Positions 11,046-23,891 of a stretch of 64,000 nt of DNA are shown piece after piece (position 1 is the stretch's first letter; each line of letters starts with the position of its first letter). The translations under genes and the position numbers were made by a program. The notes under the pieces were generated by a model that worked only from the letters and a program-made list of their open reading frames with translations, ran no database searches and was not told the origin of the DNA. The stretch comes from Calditrichaceae bacterium (GTDB lineage Bacteria; Calditrichota; Calditrichia; Calditrichales; JBFXGD01): NCBI GenBank assembly GCA_050173015.1, contig JBFXLE010000003.1, forward strand, positions 128,001 to 192,000, given 5' to 3'.

Positions 11046-14000
11046 ATGCGGAATAAATTTTATCCTGACCACGCCATACATAAACATTTAGAAAAACGAA
11101 TTCTCATTTTGGATGGCGCGATGGGTACCATGATTCAGCAATACAGACTTAAAGAGGCTGATTTTCGCGGTACCAGATTCAAGGATCATCCGATTGAGTT
11201 AAAAGGGAATAATGACTTACTTTCCCTTACTCAGCCCCGGATTATTGAAGAAATACATCACGCTTATCTTCAGGCCGGCGCGGACATCATCGAAACAAAT
11301 ACTTTCAATGCCAATGGAATTTCCATGCAGGATTACCGGCTGACCGATTTGATTTATGAGTTAAACCTGGAATCAGCCGTGATAGCCAGACAAGCCGCAA
11401 ACGCGTTCACAAATTCTGAACCATTGAAACCGCGATTCGTGGCCGGTGCCATCGGACCCACCAACCGAACTCTTTCCATGTCTCCCAAGGTGAATGACCC
11501 TGCCTTCAGAGCCGTTACCTTCGATGAGATGGTTCAGGCATATTATGATCAGGTCCGGGGATTGGTGGACGGCGGGGTTGATTTGCTTCTTATTGAAACG
11601 ATATTCGATACTTTGAACGCAAAAGCCGCCATTTATGCCGTCGAAAAATATGCTGAAAAAATTGACAAAAAAATCCCGCTAATGCTGTCAGTTACCATTG
11701 TCGATATGAGCAACCGGACACTTTCAGGGCAGACCCTTGAAGCATTCTGGATTTCGGTCAAACACGCCGATCTGTTGAGTGTCGGAATTAATTGCGCCCT
11801 CGGGCCTAAACAGATGCGTCCTCATATAGAAGAGATTTCAAGGATGGCCCCCATTTATACAAGTGTATACCCAAACGCGGGGCTCCCGAATGAATTCGGC
11901 GGATACGATGAAAGCCCGTCACAAATGGCTGAAGTTCTTTCCGAATTCGCGAAGAGCGGATTTATCAACATCGCCGGAGGCTGCTGCGGAACAACTCCCG
12001 ATCATATCCACGCCTTCGCCGAGGCACTGAATAGAATACCACCGAGAAAAATTCCGGTTGTGGAGACGCGCAGCAAATTTAGCGGCCTCGAACCTTTCAC
12101 CATTCTTCCCACATCCAATTTTGTAAATATCGGTGAACGCTGCAATGTGACCGGGTCGCGTCGTTTTGCAAGACTTATTAAGGACGGTGAATATGAAACA
12201 GCCCTGGATATCGCGCGGAGTCAGGTCGAAAACGGGGCCCAAATCCTTGATATTAATATGGATGATGCTCTTCTTGATTCCGAATCGGGTATGACGCATT
12301 TTCTGAATCTGATTTCCTCCGAACCGGATATCGCGAAAGTCCCTTTAATGCTGGATTCTTCCAAATGGTCTGTAATCACGGCTGGGTTGAAATGTGTCCA
12401 GGGTAAATGCATTGTAAACTCTATCAGTCTTAAAGAGGGAGAAAAGACATTTCTCGAGCACGCCCAAACAGCAAGGAAGTTTGGCGCGGCGGTCGTCGTC
12501 ATGGCGTTTGATGAGAGCGGACAGGCGGAAACAGTTCAACGAAAAGTTGATATCTGTAAGCGCGCGTATAAAATTCTGACAGAACAGGTAAATTTTGATC
12601 CGCGTGATATCATTTTCGATCCGAATATTTTCGCGGTTGCGACCGGAATAGAATCCCATAACGACTATGCCCTTAATTATCTCGAAGCGGTACGTCAGAT
12701 CAAAGCCGAAATTCCGCATATTCTTGTCAGCGGCGGGTTAAGCAATCTTTCCTTTTCTTTTCGCGGAAATGACGCTGTCAGGGAAATTATGCATTCATCA
12801 TTTCTTTATCACGCCATACAGGCCGGAATGGATATGGGAATTGTGAATGCCGGACAGATTACCGTATATGAAGAAATACCAAAGAAAGATCTTGACCTGA
12901 TTGAAGATGTTTTGTTTAACAGACGTCCTGACGCCACGGACAGACTGATTCATTTTGCTGAAAATGTCATTAAAAAGGATAAGACCGCCCAAATCGAATC
13001 TTTATGGCGTAAGGAATCCGTTGAAGAGCGTCTTAAGCACGCTCTGATCAGAGGTATCGTGGAATTTATTGATCATGACACAGATGAAGCCATGAAAAAA
13101 TATGGTGATCCATTGCTTGTCATTGAAGGTCCGCTAATGGATGGTATGAATACGGTGGGAGATCTTTTCGGATCAGGAAAAATGTTTCTGCCTCAGGTGG
13201 TTAAGAGTGCCAGGGTGATGAAAAAATCGGTCGCGTATCTTACACCGTTTCTCGATGCGAATAAATCCAAAGCAAAAATTAAAAACGCCGGAAAGATCCT
13301 GCTGGCCACCGTTAAGGGAGACGTTCATGATATCGGAAAAAATATAGTTGGCGTCGTTCTCGGCTGCAACAATTATGAAATTATAGATCTTGGTGTGATG
13401 GCGCCGGTTGAAAAAATTCTTGAGAGCGCGGTTGAACACGAGGTTGATATCATCGGTTTAAGCGGATTGATAACCCCATCACTTGACGAGATGGTTCATG
13501 TCGCCGGGGAAATGCAGCGCCTGGGATTCAAAATCCCCCTTCTTATCGGCGGCGCGACAACATCCAAAAAGCATACCGCGGTTAAGATTGACGAGGCCTA
13601 CACTTCCGCTGTCATGTATGTCCCGGACGCGTCAAAAGCGGTTGGTGTTGTCAGTAATCTGCTCAATGATCATCAAAAAAACACATTTGTTCAGACAACA
13701 AAAACTGAATATGGTTCCATACGCGATAACTACCGGAAACAAAGTCTAAAGTCAGTTTTATTGCCCATCAGTGACGCCAGGGCAAACAAACTGCACACCG
13801 AATGGAATAAAATCAATATTGCCCGGCCGGACTTTTTGGGAAATCGTGTCTTTGATAACTATTCGCTTGAAGATATCAGAAAACGAATTGACTGGACACC
13901 ATTTTTTACAGTATGGGAAATGAAAGGCCGATACCCGGATATCCTTTCTGATGAAAAAACCGGCTCAGAAGCAAAAAAACTTTTTGATGACGCCAATAAC

Positions 14001-14732
14001 CTGTTGAACAGAATCATTGAAGATAAATTGCTTACCGCCAGAGCCGTTATCGGATTATACCCTGCTCAAAGCGTCGGAGATGATATAGAAATCTATTCCG
14101 ACGAAAAACGAAATAAAAGTATCGCCGTTGTCCATACCCTGAGACAACAAATGCAAAAAAATAATTTAAGACCCAACTTATCACTGTCAGATTTTATCGC
14201 GCCCGCTGATAGCGCGGTTAGCGATTATATCGGTTTTTTTGCTGTAACCGCCGGAATTGGCATTGAAAAATTGATCCGTCAATTTGAAGCTGAGCATGAT
14301 GATTATAGCATGATTCTTACCAAAGCTCTCGCTGACCGTCTCGCTGAAGCCTTCGCGGAACTAATGCATGAGCGTACACGGAAAGAGTTCTGGGGATACG
14401 ACCCAAACGAGAATCTTTCCAATGATAAAATAATTCAGGAAGCTTACACCGGGATACGACCCGCGCCGGGATATCCCGCATGCCCGGACCATACTGAGAA
14501 GAGAATTTTATTTGATCTCCTGAATGTCACGGAAAATATTGGCGTCGCTTTAACAGATCATTTTGCCATGAGTCCGGCCGCCTCCGTCAGCGGGTATTAT
14601 TTCTCACATCCTGAGTCAGAATATTTTGGAATCGGTAAGCTTGCAAAGGATCAGGTAACGGAATACGCCCGGCGCAAAGGCATGAGTATACAAACTGTTG
14701 AAAAATGGTTGTCACCCAATTTATCCTATTAG
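11046..14732 (+). CDS. metH: Cobalamin-dependent methionine synthase
   Basis: [17 protein letters not shown]12 motif DVHDIGKN...SGL, reactivation domain RPAPGYP; 1228 aa. Confidence 0.98.
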   Translation: MRNKFYPDHAIHKHLEKRILILDGAMGTMIQQYRLKEADFRGTRFKDHPIELKGNNDLLSLTQPRIIEEIHHAYLQAGADIIETNTFNANGISMQDYRLTDLIYELNLESAVIARQAANAFTNSEPLKPRFVAGAIGPTNRTLSMSPKVNDPAFRAVTFDEMVQAYYDQVRGLVDGGVDLLLIETIFDTLNAKAAIYAVEKYAEKIDKKIPLMLSVTIVDMSNRTLSGQTLEAFWISVKHADLLSVGINCALGPKQMRPHIEEISRMAPIYTSVYPNAGLPNEFGGYDESPSQMAEVLSEFAKSGFINIAGGCCGTTPDHIHAFAEALNRIPPRKIPVVETRSKFSGLEPFTILPTSNFVNIGERCNVTGSRRFARLIKDGEYETALDIARSQVENGAQILDINMDDALLDSESGMTHFLNLISSEPDIAKVPLMLDSSKWSVITAGLKCVQGKCIVNSISLKEGEKTFLEHAQTARKFGAAVVVMAFDESGQAETVQRKVDICKRAYKILTEQVNFDPRDIIFDPNIFAVATGIESHNDYALNYLEAVRQIKAEIPHILVSGGLSNLSFSFRGNDAVREIMHSSFLYHAIQAGMDMGIVNAGQITVYEEIPKKDLDLIEDVLFNRRPDATDRLIHFAENVIKKDKTAQIESLWRKESVEERLKHALIRGIVEFIDHDTDEAMKKYGDPLLVIEGPLMDGMNTVGDLFGSGKMFLPQVVKSARVMKKSVAYLTPFLDANKSKAKIKNAGKILLATVKGDVHDIGKNIVGVVLGCNNYEIIDLGVMAPVEKILESAVEHEVDIIGLSGLITPSLDEMVHVAGEMQRLGFKIPLLIGGATTSKKHTAVKIDEAYTSAVMYVPDASKAVGVVSNLLNDHQKNTFVQTTKTEYGSIRDNYRKQSLKSVLLPISDARANKLHTEWNKINIARPDFLGNRVFDNYSLEDIRKRIDWTPFFTVWEMKGRYPDILSDEKTGSEAKKLFDDANNLLNRIIEDKLLTARAVIGLYPAQSVGDDIEIYSDEKRNKSIAVVHTLRQQMQKNNLRPNLSLSDFIAPADSAVSDYIGFFAVTAGIGIEKLIRQFEAEHDDYSMILTKALADRLAEAFAELMHERTRKEFWGYDPNENLSNDKIIQEAYTGIRPAPGYPACPDHTEKRILFDLLNVTENIGVALTDHFAMSPAASVSGYYFSHPESEYFGIGKLAKDQVTEYARRKGMSIQTVEKWLSPNLSY

Positions 14733-14776
14733 ATAAAACAAAATAAATAAAAATGTCTTATTCGGGGTAGTTCAAA

Positions 14777-15481
14777 ATGGCTGGAAAAAATCAACTGACA
14801 ATCGAATACATCTTTAGTTTTGAAGACGGACGTAAAGCGACTTTTTTGATAAAGTTAGATTCGGGCACACTTCGATATGTTTCAGAAAAGAATGATCATC
14901 CCCCTGACTGGGCGCGGCTGGAATTTGAACAATGCCCGAATTGCACTCTCAGAAATGAAGAGACGCCTTATTGCCCCGTCGCAAAAAACCTGAATCATAT
15001 CATTCCGTCATTTTCTGAAGTTAAATCGTTTGATACCGTCCTTGTTCTGGTTAAAACGGATGAACGCAATTTTGCCAAAAAGACAAGTATTCAACGTGGT
15101 CTCAGTTCGATGTTGGGGATTTATATGGTGACTACAGGCTGCCCGATTCTGTCGAAACTGAAACCGATGGTCAGACACCATTTACCGTTTGCCACAGTTG
15201 AAGAAACCATTTTCCGGTCAGCCAGCACATATCTTCTTGGACAATATTTTAAATATAAAAAGGGACAAATCGCCGACCTTGATCTTGCCGGTCTTGCCAA
15301 AATATATGAAGAAATTCAAACGGTTAACATCGCGCTCGCTGACAGGTTGAGAGCAATCCCGGCAAAAGACGCGAACGTCAACGCTTTGGTGGTTCTGGAT
15401 GTGTTCGCCAAAGAAATGCCCTATTCGGTGGAATCCAGTCTCAAAGACCTTGAATACCTGTTTTCTGATGAAATAGAATAG
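14777..15481 (+). CDS. Conserved hypothetical Cys-motif protein (DUF6901-like)
   Basis: W..L.F.QCPNC...CP and GCP, HLPFA motifs; family name recalled, not searched. Confidence 0.55.
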   Translation: MAGKNQLTIEYIFSFEDGRKATFLIKLDSGTLRYVSEKNDHPPDWARLEFEQCPNCTLRNEETPYCPVAKNLNHIIPSFSEVKSFDTVLVLVKTDERNFAKKTSIQRGLSSMLGIYMVTTGCPILSKLKPMVRHHLPFATVEETIFRSASTYLLGQYFKYKKGQIADLDLAGLAKIYEEIQTVNIALADRLRAIPAKDANVNALVVLDVFAKEMPYSVESSLKDLEYLFSDEIE

Positions 15482-15542
15482 TGTTCCGTGATGTTAACAG
15501 ATCTTGATTTCAATACAATTTAAATATTGGAGGTATGAATCA

Positions 15543-17237
15543 ATGACCAGTAATAAATTTATTTTTACCATTTTGCTTGGAGTTATGATGATCTCAGTTT
15601 CCTGCTCTGAAAAACATGAATATCCTTTATCGGAAGAAGGCTTTAATAATTACACCATCAACTTTGAGAAAAAGCTGGCTCCCCTTGAGAACAGGAATAA
15701 TCTTGCCGAATGGAATGCGTATATCACCGGGCAGGATAAATATTTTAAAGAAGCGGATGAGGCATCGCTACAAATTGACGCTCTGTATCAAAACCGGAAA
15801 CACTTTGCGTATATCAAAGAACTGAAAGAAAAAAATCTTGTAAAAGATGAATTATTAAAACGCCAACTGGATGTTCTCTACTATTCCTTTCTCAAGAAGC
15901 AGGGAAATCCCGAACTGAATAAGGAGATAACCGAACTTACCAGTGAAATTTCTCAGAAATTTATCAACTTCCGGGCTGAATATGACGGAAAAACAGTGAC
16001 GGATAATCAAATAACTGAACTGCTTAAATCCGAGAAAAATTTACAAAAGCGTGAAGGCGCGTGGCGCGCTCAGAAAGAAGCAGGGAAATTAATCGCCGCT
16101 GATCTTCAGAAGCTGGTCAAATTGAGAAACAAAATGGCGGCGGAGCTCGGATTCAGCAATTATTATGAATTGGCGCTGATGAGTAAAGAGCAAGACCCCG
16201 CGGATGTAAAACATACTTTCGAAGAACTTGCCGCTTTAACGGACGAACCATTCAGAGCCGTTCACGACGAGGTCGAGACGGTTCTCAGCAAAAGGTTCGG
16301 CATCGCTAAAGATGAATTGCGTCCGTGGCATTATGAAGATTTATTTTCACAGGAAGCTCCTGCCATCTATCAGGTAAATCTTGATACTTATTTTAAAAAT
16401 GTAGATATGCCGTCGCTCGCGGAAAATTATTACCGGAGTTTTGGCATGGATATTAAACCCATTCTGGCGGCCAGTGATCTATATGAAAAAGAAGGAAAAA
16501 ATCAGCATGCGTTCTCTTTTTGCATGGATCGGGGTCAGGACATCCGCGTACTTCTCAATATTGTCCCCAACCAGCGCTGGATGGACACCATGATGCATGA
16601 ATCCGGACACGCGGTATTTGATAAATATATAAATACGGAACTGCCATATTTGCTCCGTACTCCCGCCCACTCATTTACCACTGAAGGAATCGCCATGTTT
16701 TTCGGCGGTATGGCATCCAATCCGTTATGGATGAAGCAGGCGCTAAACATGAATGAAAATGAAATCGGTAAAATCAGAGAGACTATAAAACAGAGTGACC
16801 GCCTGGCGAAAATGATGTTCGCCCGCTGGTCTCTGGTCATGAAATTTTTTGAAGAGAAGATGTACGCTGACCCCGACCAGGACTTAAATAAATTATGGTG
16901 GGATCTTGTCGAACGTTATCAGTACATCACGCGGCCGGAGAACCTAAACGGAGGCGAATGGGCCTCAAAAGTTCACCTGATCGGTTATCCCGCGTATTAC
17001 CATAACTATCTATTGGGTGAGCTATTCGCCGCGCAGATAAAGCATACGGTGGCCGAAGAAGCATACGACCATGTTGATCCATCAGAAGTGACTTTCTGGG
17101 ATAATCCAAAGGCCGGGCAATTACTCAAGGATAAAGTTTTCATGCCGGGAAACCGCTGGTATTGGAATGAAATGATACAAAACGCGACCGGGGAAAAACT
17201 GACGGCAAAATATTTTGTCGCTACCTATATCGAATAA
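15543..17237 (+). CDS. Lipoprotein zinc metallopeptidase (M2/M3 gluzincin type)
   Basis: SD GGAGG before ATG 15543; lipobox-like VSC; HESGH, TEGIA, HL...PAYYHNY. Confidence 0.85.
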   Translation: MTSNKFIFTILLGVMMISVSCSEKHEYPLSEEGFNNYTINFEKKLAPLENRNNLAEWNAYITGQDKYFKEADEASLQIDALYQNRKHFAYIKELKEKNLVKDELLKRQLDVLYYSFLKKQGNPELNKEITELTSEISQKFINFRAEYDGKTVTDNQITELLKSEKNLQKREGAWRAQKEAGKLIAADLQKLVKLRNKMAAELGFSNYYELALMSKEQDPADVKHTFEELAALTDEPFRAVHDEVETVLSKRFGIAKDELRPWHYEDLFSQEAPAIYQVNLDTYFKNVDMPSLAENYYRSFGMDIKPILAASDLYEKEGKNQHAFSFCMDRGQDIRVLLNIVPNQRWMDTMMHESGHAVFDKYINTELPYLLRTPAHSFTTEGIAMFFGGMASNPLWMKQALNMNENEIGKIRETIKQSDRLAKMMFARWSLVMKFFEEKMYADPDQDLNKLWWDLVERYQYITRPENLNGGEWASKVHLIGYPAYYHNYLLGELFAAQIKHTVAEEAYDHVDPSEVTFWDNPKAGQLLKDKVFMPGNRWYWNEMIQNATGEKLTAKYFVATYIE

Positions 17238-17266
17238 CCGGCGATCATTTTAGAAATTACAGAATG

Positions 17267-17950
17267 TTAATAATCAGGTCGTTGATGGTATGGTATCGGG
17301 TCATCAGATCCGGCAATGCGGAATCCGCGAAGTCTTAACGCGCAACTGTCACAGACACCGCAGGCCTTATCTTCACTCTTATAGCAAGACCAGGTTTTAT
17401 CGAGAGGGGCTTTCAATTCAAGCCCCTTTTTCACAATTTCCCATTTTTTCAGGTCGATAATCGGGGTCATTATCTCAATATTCGTTTCCGGTTTTGTTCC
17501 CATCCGGATAACCTGATTAAATGCCTGAAAAAAATTGAGACGGCAATCGGGATAACCCGATGAATCTTCTTCCACCGCGCCTATAAAAATTTTCGTGGCT
17601 CCTGATACTTCAGCATAACTCGTTGCTATGGACAGTATATTCGCGTTACGAAATGGAACATAGGTAGAGGGAATTTGATCTGATTCAATATTGGCTTCGC
17701 TGACTTCCATATTCATATCGGTTAGACTTGATCCGCCGATTTGATTAAAAAATGCCGCGTCAACGAGAAGACGGTCCTTCACTCCAAAAAAATCCGCTAT
17801 TTCCTTAAAAGCCCTCAGTTCACGTTTTTCGGTTCTCTGACCGTAATTCAGATGCAGGAATGCGAGTTCATAGTTCAAATTGGCAATCGCGGCGGTCACA
17901 CAACTATCAAGCCCTCCCGAGACAAGAACAACTGCTTTCCCGCTTTTCAT
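17267..17950 (-). CDS. queC: 7-cyano-7-deazaguanine synthase
   Basis: SGGLDS, YVPFRN, YPDCR, WSCY...CGVCDSC. Confidence 0.96.
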   Translation of the reverse strand: MKSGKAVVLVSGGLDSCVTAAIANLNYELAFLHLNYGQRTEKRELRAFKEIADFFGVKDRLLVDAAFFNQIGGSSLTDMNMEVSEANIESDQIPSTYVPFRNANILSIATSYAEVSGATKIFIGAVEEDSSGYPDCRLNFFQAFNQVIRMGTKPETNIEIMTPIIDLKKWEIVKKGLELKAPLDKTWSCYKSEDKACGVCDSCALRLRGFRIAGSDDPIPYHQRPDY

Positions 17951-18306
17951 CGATTTTCGTCCTGTTGCTCATTATCATGCACAGCCACAACAGTCGAATA
18001 TATGCCTCCGCGTATTGTAAATTCACCCGTTACCTTCATAAACCGGGGTTCGCAGGCCTTGACCATATCATCCAGAATTTCATTGATCACAGACTCGTAA
18101 AATATTCCTTTGTTTCTAAAATCGAGAAAATAATATTTTAATGATTTTAATTCGATACATATTTTATCCGGAATATATTCGATTGTGATGGTCCCAAAAT
18201 CCGGTAAGCCTGTTTTTGGACAAACAGATGTAAATTCTTCGTTAACATGGGTGATATAATAATCTCTGTTTGGAAATTGATTTTCAAATACTTCTATCTC
18301 TGCCAA
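17947..18306 (-). CDS. queF: preQ0 reductase (unimodular QueF)
   Basis: [15 protein letters not shown], QueF motif [14 protein letters not shown] start with SD AAGGAG. Confidence 0.93.
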   Translation of the reverse strand: MAEIEVFENQFPNRDYYITHVNEEFTSVCPKTGLPDFGTITIEYIPDKICIELKSLKYYFLDFRNKGIFYESVINEILDDMVKACEPRFMKVTGEFTIRGGIYSTVVAVHDNEQQDENR

Positions 18307-18351
18307 TTTTATCTCCTTCTCGTTTCAAGTCACTTGATGATGAGTAAGTTC

Positions 18352-19023
18352 TCAGACTCCCCTTTTATCAGGACTCCAGATATATTTGTGAATTTGCAGT
18401 TGAAACCGGATATCAAGCCGGTCCGCGAGTATCCATTCAGCCATTTCATTTAAACTGATTTCACCAAAAACGGGCGACATTAAAACAGTGCATTTATCTG
18501 ATAACTCAAATTTGGAAATGATTTCCTTTGCCCAGTCATAATCATTCCTGTCTCCGATGACAAATTTCACCTGATCATTGATCGTCAGACTGCTGATATT
18601 TTCCCATCGGTTTTTCTCCGATTCCCCGCTGGATGGACATTTGATATCCATAATTCGTTTCACCCTTGAATCAATAGGGCTTATATCCAGATGTCCCGCT
18701 GTTTCTATCAGAACTTCAAACCCATCATCACAAAGCATCTTCATTAAAGGCAGAACATTTTCCTGGATTAACGGCTCACCTCCGGTAATTTCCACAAGAT
18801 TACAGTCAAATTTACGGATTTCATTCAGTATTTCGGGAAAAGAATAATTACTGCCTTCATAAAACGCATACTCGGTATCACAATAACTACAGCGTAGATT
18901 ACAATAAGTTAAACGAACAAATACGCATGGCAAACCAGAAAATGTTGATTCACCCTGAATGCTGTAAAATATTTCATTTATTTTCAGAGTTAACGCGTCA
19001 TCGGTACTGTTTTTATTTTTCAC
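18352..19023 (-). CDS. queE: 7-carboxy-7-deazaguanine synthase (radical SAM)
   Basis: EIFYSIQGE, CNLRCSYCDT, TGGEP, QIHK; start placed at GTG 19023 overlapping the queD end (uncertain). Confidence 0.92.
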   Translation of the reverse strand: MKNKNSTDDALTLKINEIFYSIQGESTFSGLPCVFVRLTYCNLRCSYCDTEYAFYEGSNYSFPEILNEIRKFDCNLVEITGGEPLIQENVLPLMKMLCDDGFEVLIETAGHLDISPIDSRVKRIMDIKCPSSGESEKNRWENISSLTINDQVKFVIGDRNDYDWAKEIISKFELSDKCTVLMSPVFGEISLNEMAEWILADRLDIRFQLQIHKYIWSPDKRGV

Positions 19024-19381
19024 TGTATTCAACGAGGTATTTCTCCGTCTCCCACAGACTGATCTTTGCCATATGTATGCCTTCAGGCAGCAATCGATCA
19101 ATTTCTTCAAAAAAGTATTTTGCCACGTTTTCAGCGGTAGGATTTATCTTGTCAAAAGGAGCGATCTCATTAAAATTTTGATGATCGTAACGACCTGCTA
19201 CTTTCCACGTGATATCTTTCAGATCTTTAAAGTCGATAGCCATACCGATTTCGTTAAGAACACTCGCAGTTACATCGACTTTTAATTTCCAATTGTGCCC
19301 ATGCAGCCGGGCGCAGGGCCCTTCGTAACCGCGAATAAGATGTGCCGCGGATATATTTGTTTGAATTGATAAACGATACAT
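19013..19381 (-). CDS. queD: 6-carboxytetrahydropterin synthase
   Basis: AAH...CARLHGHNW, PTAEN, WET. Confidence 0.94.
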   Translation of the reverse strand: MYRLSIQTNISAAHLIRGYEGPCARLHGHNWKLKVDVTASVLNEIGMAIDFKDLKDITWKVAGRYDHQNFNEIAPFDKINPTAENVAKYFFEEIDRLLPEGIHMAKISLWETEKYLVEYSEK

Positions 19382-19470
19382 TTCTAAATTTTACTTCCTT
19401 TTTGTCATTATTCCTGTTTATTCAAATTGTCAAATTTGAAGGTGGAATATAATAAAATTTCTCCGGTAGA

Positions 19471-20142
19471 TCAAAAACTTCGGACTTGCCCATGATTAAG
19501 ATAGGAATGGATCAAATCCCCCACTTCTAAAAAATTTTCAGCGATATGATGCGCTTCTTTAAGATGAACTTCATTTAAAGTCGTTTTTACTGCGATGACC
19601 GTCATCTCAGCTCTTATGGCTCCACGGATGCCTAATGGCGCGTTTTCTACCACAATGCATTCTTCCGGGCTTAAATTCAGTAATTCCGCGCCCTTCAAAA
19701 AAGGATCAGGAAAGGGTTTTCCATGGTCAACATCATCAACGGATACAAGAATATCAAAATACCCGTTTAAATTTTCCTTCACAATTTTTTCAACCCGACT
19801 CCTTGACCCTCCTGTAACAATGCCCGTCGGAACCTTCAAAGATTTCAGTTTTTTGATCATTTCAATAAAATTATCGTAAAATTCAATGGTCATGATTTTA
19901 TTATAATAATTTACTTTCCATTCCATAATTTCGGAAAGCGCTTTATCATCCATACCATGTTTTTTCCCAAGAATACCGGCTATGGTTTCAATTCCCTGGC
20001 CTTCCAGAACAAAAAATTCATCCGGAGACAGATGAATTCCTTTTTCGGAAAAAGCTTTCTGCCATGCGTCAAAATGCTGTTCCATGCTTTTTACCACAAC
20101 ACCGTCAAAATCGAAAAGTACACCCTTCTTTATCAAAACCAC
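19471..20142 (-). CDS. HAD-family phosphatase (beta-phosphoglucomutase-like)
   Basis: FDFDGVV, GKPFPD, VVENAPLG. Confidence 0.88.
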   Translation of the reverse strand: MVLIKKGVLFDFDGVVVKSMEQHFDAWQKAFSEKGIHLSPDEFFVLEGQGIETIAGILGKKHGMDDKALSEIMEWKVNYYNKIMTIEFYDNFIEMIKKLKSLKVPTGIVTGGSRSRVEKIVKENLNGYFDILVSVDDVDHGKPFPDPFLKGAELLNLSPEECIVVENAPLGIRGAIRAEMTVIAVKTTLNEVHLKEAHHIAENFLEVGDLIHSYLNHGQVRSF

Positions 20143-20319
20143 TCCTTCATTTTATAATGCTAAGCCATTGCATTATTTCTAAATATTTTATCCCAATTTA
20201 CAGCGCGTAAATATCACACGCTATTCCCTAATATAACTCACGAATAGCCAAAAATAAATTTTAGTATCTTTTAATCTGATAATATCTGAAGCCTTTGGGA
20301 GGGGATTCTGATTATTGAA

Positions 20320-21237
20320 TCAATTTTTTCGTTTCTGCCGGTAACGCGCGAACAACTGGCGGTCCAGTTTTTCCATATAGTGTTCCTGTTCAAGAACCAG
20401 ATCCGTTTCTTTTCGTCTGAACAATCGGCCATATTCCGCGACAAAGAGACAACGCATAAAATGACGATAGCGTTCATGTGGATAATATTTAACCTGTAAA
20501 ATACGTTCATTTCGTTCTTTATGTCGCATCACGATAAAAAAGTTCGGTTCATCTCTGAATATAAGTAGATCCTTAAACCATGATTCAAATACGGTCAACC
20601 AGGCGCTGATCTTTTTGTTTTTACGAATAGTAAATAAATCCTGGTAGATTGATTTTATTTGCGGTTCAAAAAAATCATCCTCAGTAAAATTTTCCGCGTT
20701 TAAAAAAAGATTTTGAGTAAGATAAATCATTGCTGAACGCGGATCATTTTTTGAATAATATGCCAGGCCCAGATAGCTTTTTGCCAGCATATCTTCAACA
20801 TTATCGGTGACGGCGCGATTAAGGCGCGGAATCGCTGAATCAGAATCATTGGAGAGATATTCAAATATACCGGATGGGAGTGTGTATTCTTTTTTTGCCT
20901 GTTCCTGAAAACGTTCCTGATAAATTTTCGTGAGCAGTTTTTCCAACAGCGCCAAAGCGGCTTTACCAATACGTTCAGACTGGTATCTTCCCCTTAGTCT
21001 TAACCAGACTTCAAACAAACCGGATAAATCATATATATCTGCGAAGGATTCTTCTTCCAAACTGAATATTATTTCATTGACAAACTTCCGCAGCTCCTCA
21101 TTTTCACCTTTATTTAAATAGAGCCTCCAATTTGTGATGGCTTCATCGATCTCAAAGTTGAGAAACAGCGCTTCCGCTTCCTTTAGAAGATATTCCGGTC
21201 CATCAATAGAAAAAAATTCTGACATAGCTGTTCTCAA
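20320..21237 (-). CDS. Hypothetical helical/TPR-like protein
   Basis: 305-aa ORF overlapping the GGDEF gene stop; TPR-like segment AKSYLGLAYYSKND...A. Confidence 0.6.
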   Translation of the reverse strand: MRTAMSEFFSIDGPEYLLKEAEALFLNFEIDEAITNWRLYLNKGENEELRKFVNEIIFSLEEESFADIYDLSGLFEVWLRLRGRYQSERIGKAALALLEKLLTKIYQERFQEQAKKEYTLPSGIFEYLSNDSDSAIPRLNRAVTDNVEDMLAKSYLGLAYYSKNDPRSAMIYLTQNLFLNAENFTEDDFFEPQIKSIYQDLFTIRKNKKISAWLTVFESWFKDLLIFRDEPNFFIVMRHKERNERILQVKYYPHERYRHFMRCLFVAEYGRLFRRKETDLVLEQEHYMEKLDRQLFARYRQKRKN

Positions 21238-22202
21238 CGATTAATTACAACAACCCGGTTGCGTCCGGAATTTTTTGCTTTATAAAGCGCTTCATCCACC
21301 TCATCAACCATTTCATCCAGACCTTCATAATCACCGGTTTCCACAACTCCCGCGCTGAAAGTCACCATTATTTCAAATCCATTCGAAGAAATAACCGTCG
21401 ATCGCACTTCATCCAGTATCCGGTCCACAAATTTGCTCATTTCTTTTAGACCGGTATTTGAAGAAATAAGCATAAATTCTTCACCGCCATACCTAAAAGC
21501 ATAATCAGTCTCATGCCTTAGATTTTTATTCAGAATCTCCGCAAATTTTATTAAAACCTCATCACCCGATTGATGGCCATAGGTATCGTTCACCTTCTTA
21601 AAATGATCGATATCCAAAAGAGCCATGGAAAATTCAATTCCACGCTCCGTATATCTCTGCCAGAGTTTTTTTAATATCATGTCACAAGAACGGCGGTTCA
21701 TCAAGTCCGTCAGTGAATCAGTACCCGCTTCCGTGCGGTACTTATTATTATCATCGATCAGATCTTCAGTGAATTTTGTCAATGCCTGTATTTTGTCGTT
21801 GGTGCTGCTTAGCTCCTGAAATCTTCTGTATGCTTTTCTCAAATAAGTTGCTATTTCATATTCATGATAAGGCAGCGTTAAAAAATAATCGATATGAGCT
21901 TTATTGATTGCCTGATGATAGATTTCCGTGTCCACCGAACAACTCATCATAAATCTCTGCACAAGATGATTGGCGCGCATAATGGATTTTAAAAAGTCGA
22001 TACCCTTTTTATCGTCATCACCAATGATGGCTATAGCGATACTGGCATCATTCACCCGAGGATTGTTTCGGATTCTGGCAAAGATATCTGCTTCCAGAAC
22101 TTCTATGCCCCATTCCAAAAGTTTATTTTTTAATTCCTCATAATATTGATTTTCGGTCTTGAAAAGAATAATACATTGAGGCAGTGTTTTTACAAGCGTC
22201 AT
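21234..22202 (-). CDS. Diguanylate cyclase with degenerate receiver-like N-terminus
   Basis: DSLTDLMNRR, DIDHFKKVNDTYGH, RYGGEEF, LYKAKNSGRN. Confidence 0.9.
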   Translation of the reverse strand: MTLVKTLPQCIILFKTENQYYEELKNKLLEWGIEVLEADIFARIRNNPRVNDASIAIAIIGDDDKKGIDFLKSIMRANHLVQRFMMSCSVDTEIYHQAINKAHIDYFLTLPYHEYEIATYLRKAYRRFQELSSTNDKIQALTKFTEDLIDDNNKYRTEAGTDSLTDLMNRRSCDMILKKLWQRYTERGIEFSMALLDIDHFKKVNDTYGHQSGDEVLIKFAEILNKNLRHETDYAFRYGGEEFMLISSNTGLKEMSKFVDRILDEVRSTVISSNGFEIMVTFSAGVVETGDYEGLDEMVDEVDEALYKAKNSGRNRVVVINR

Positions 22203-22262
22203 TCTATTCTCTCAGGAATAAGATTTTATAAAAATTCTAAATCAGCCAAACGACAAGGAATG

Positions 22263-23891
<1,629 letters not shown>

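Noticed and set aside
17267-19381. que genes as part of a DNA 7-deazaguanine modification (dpd) island
   Set aside because: QueF has the canonical reductase motif and no dpdA/tgt paralog or mobile context is present; ordinary queuosine precursor synthesis
19382-19470. preQ1 riboswitch upstream of queD
   Set aside because: Only a weak AT-rich hairpin (TTCAAAT/ATTTGAA); preQ1-I loop and A-rich tail pattern not found
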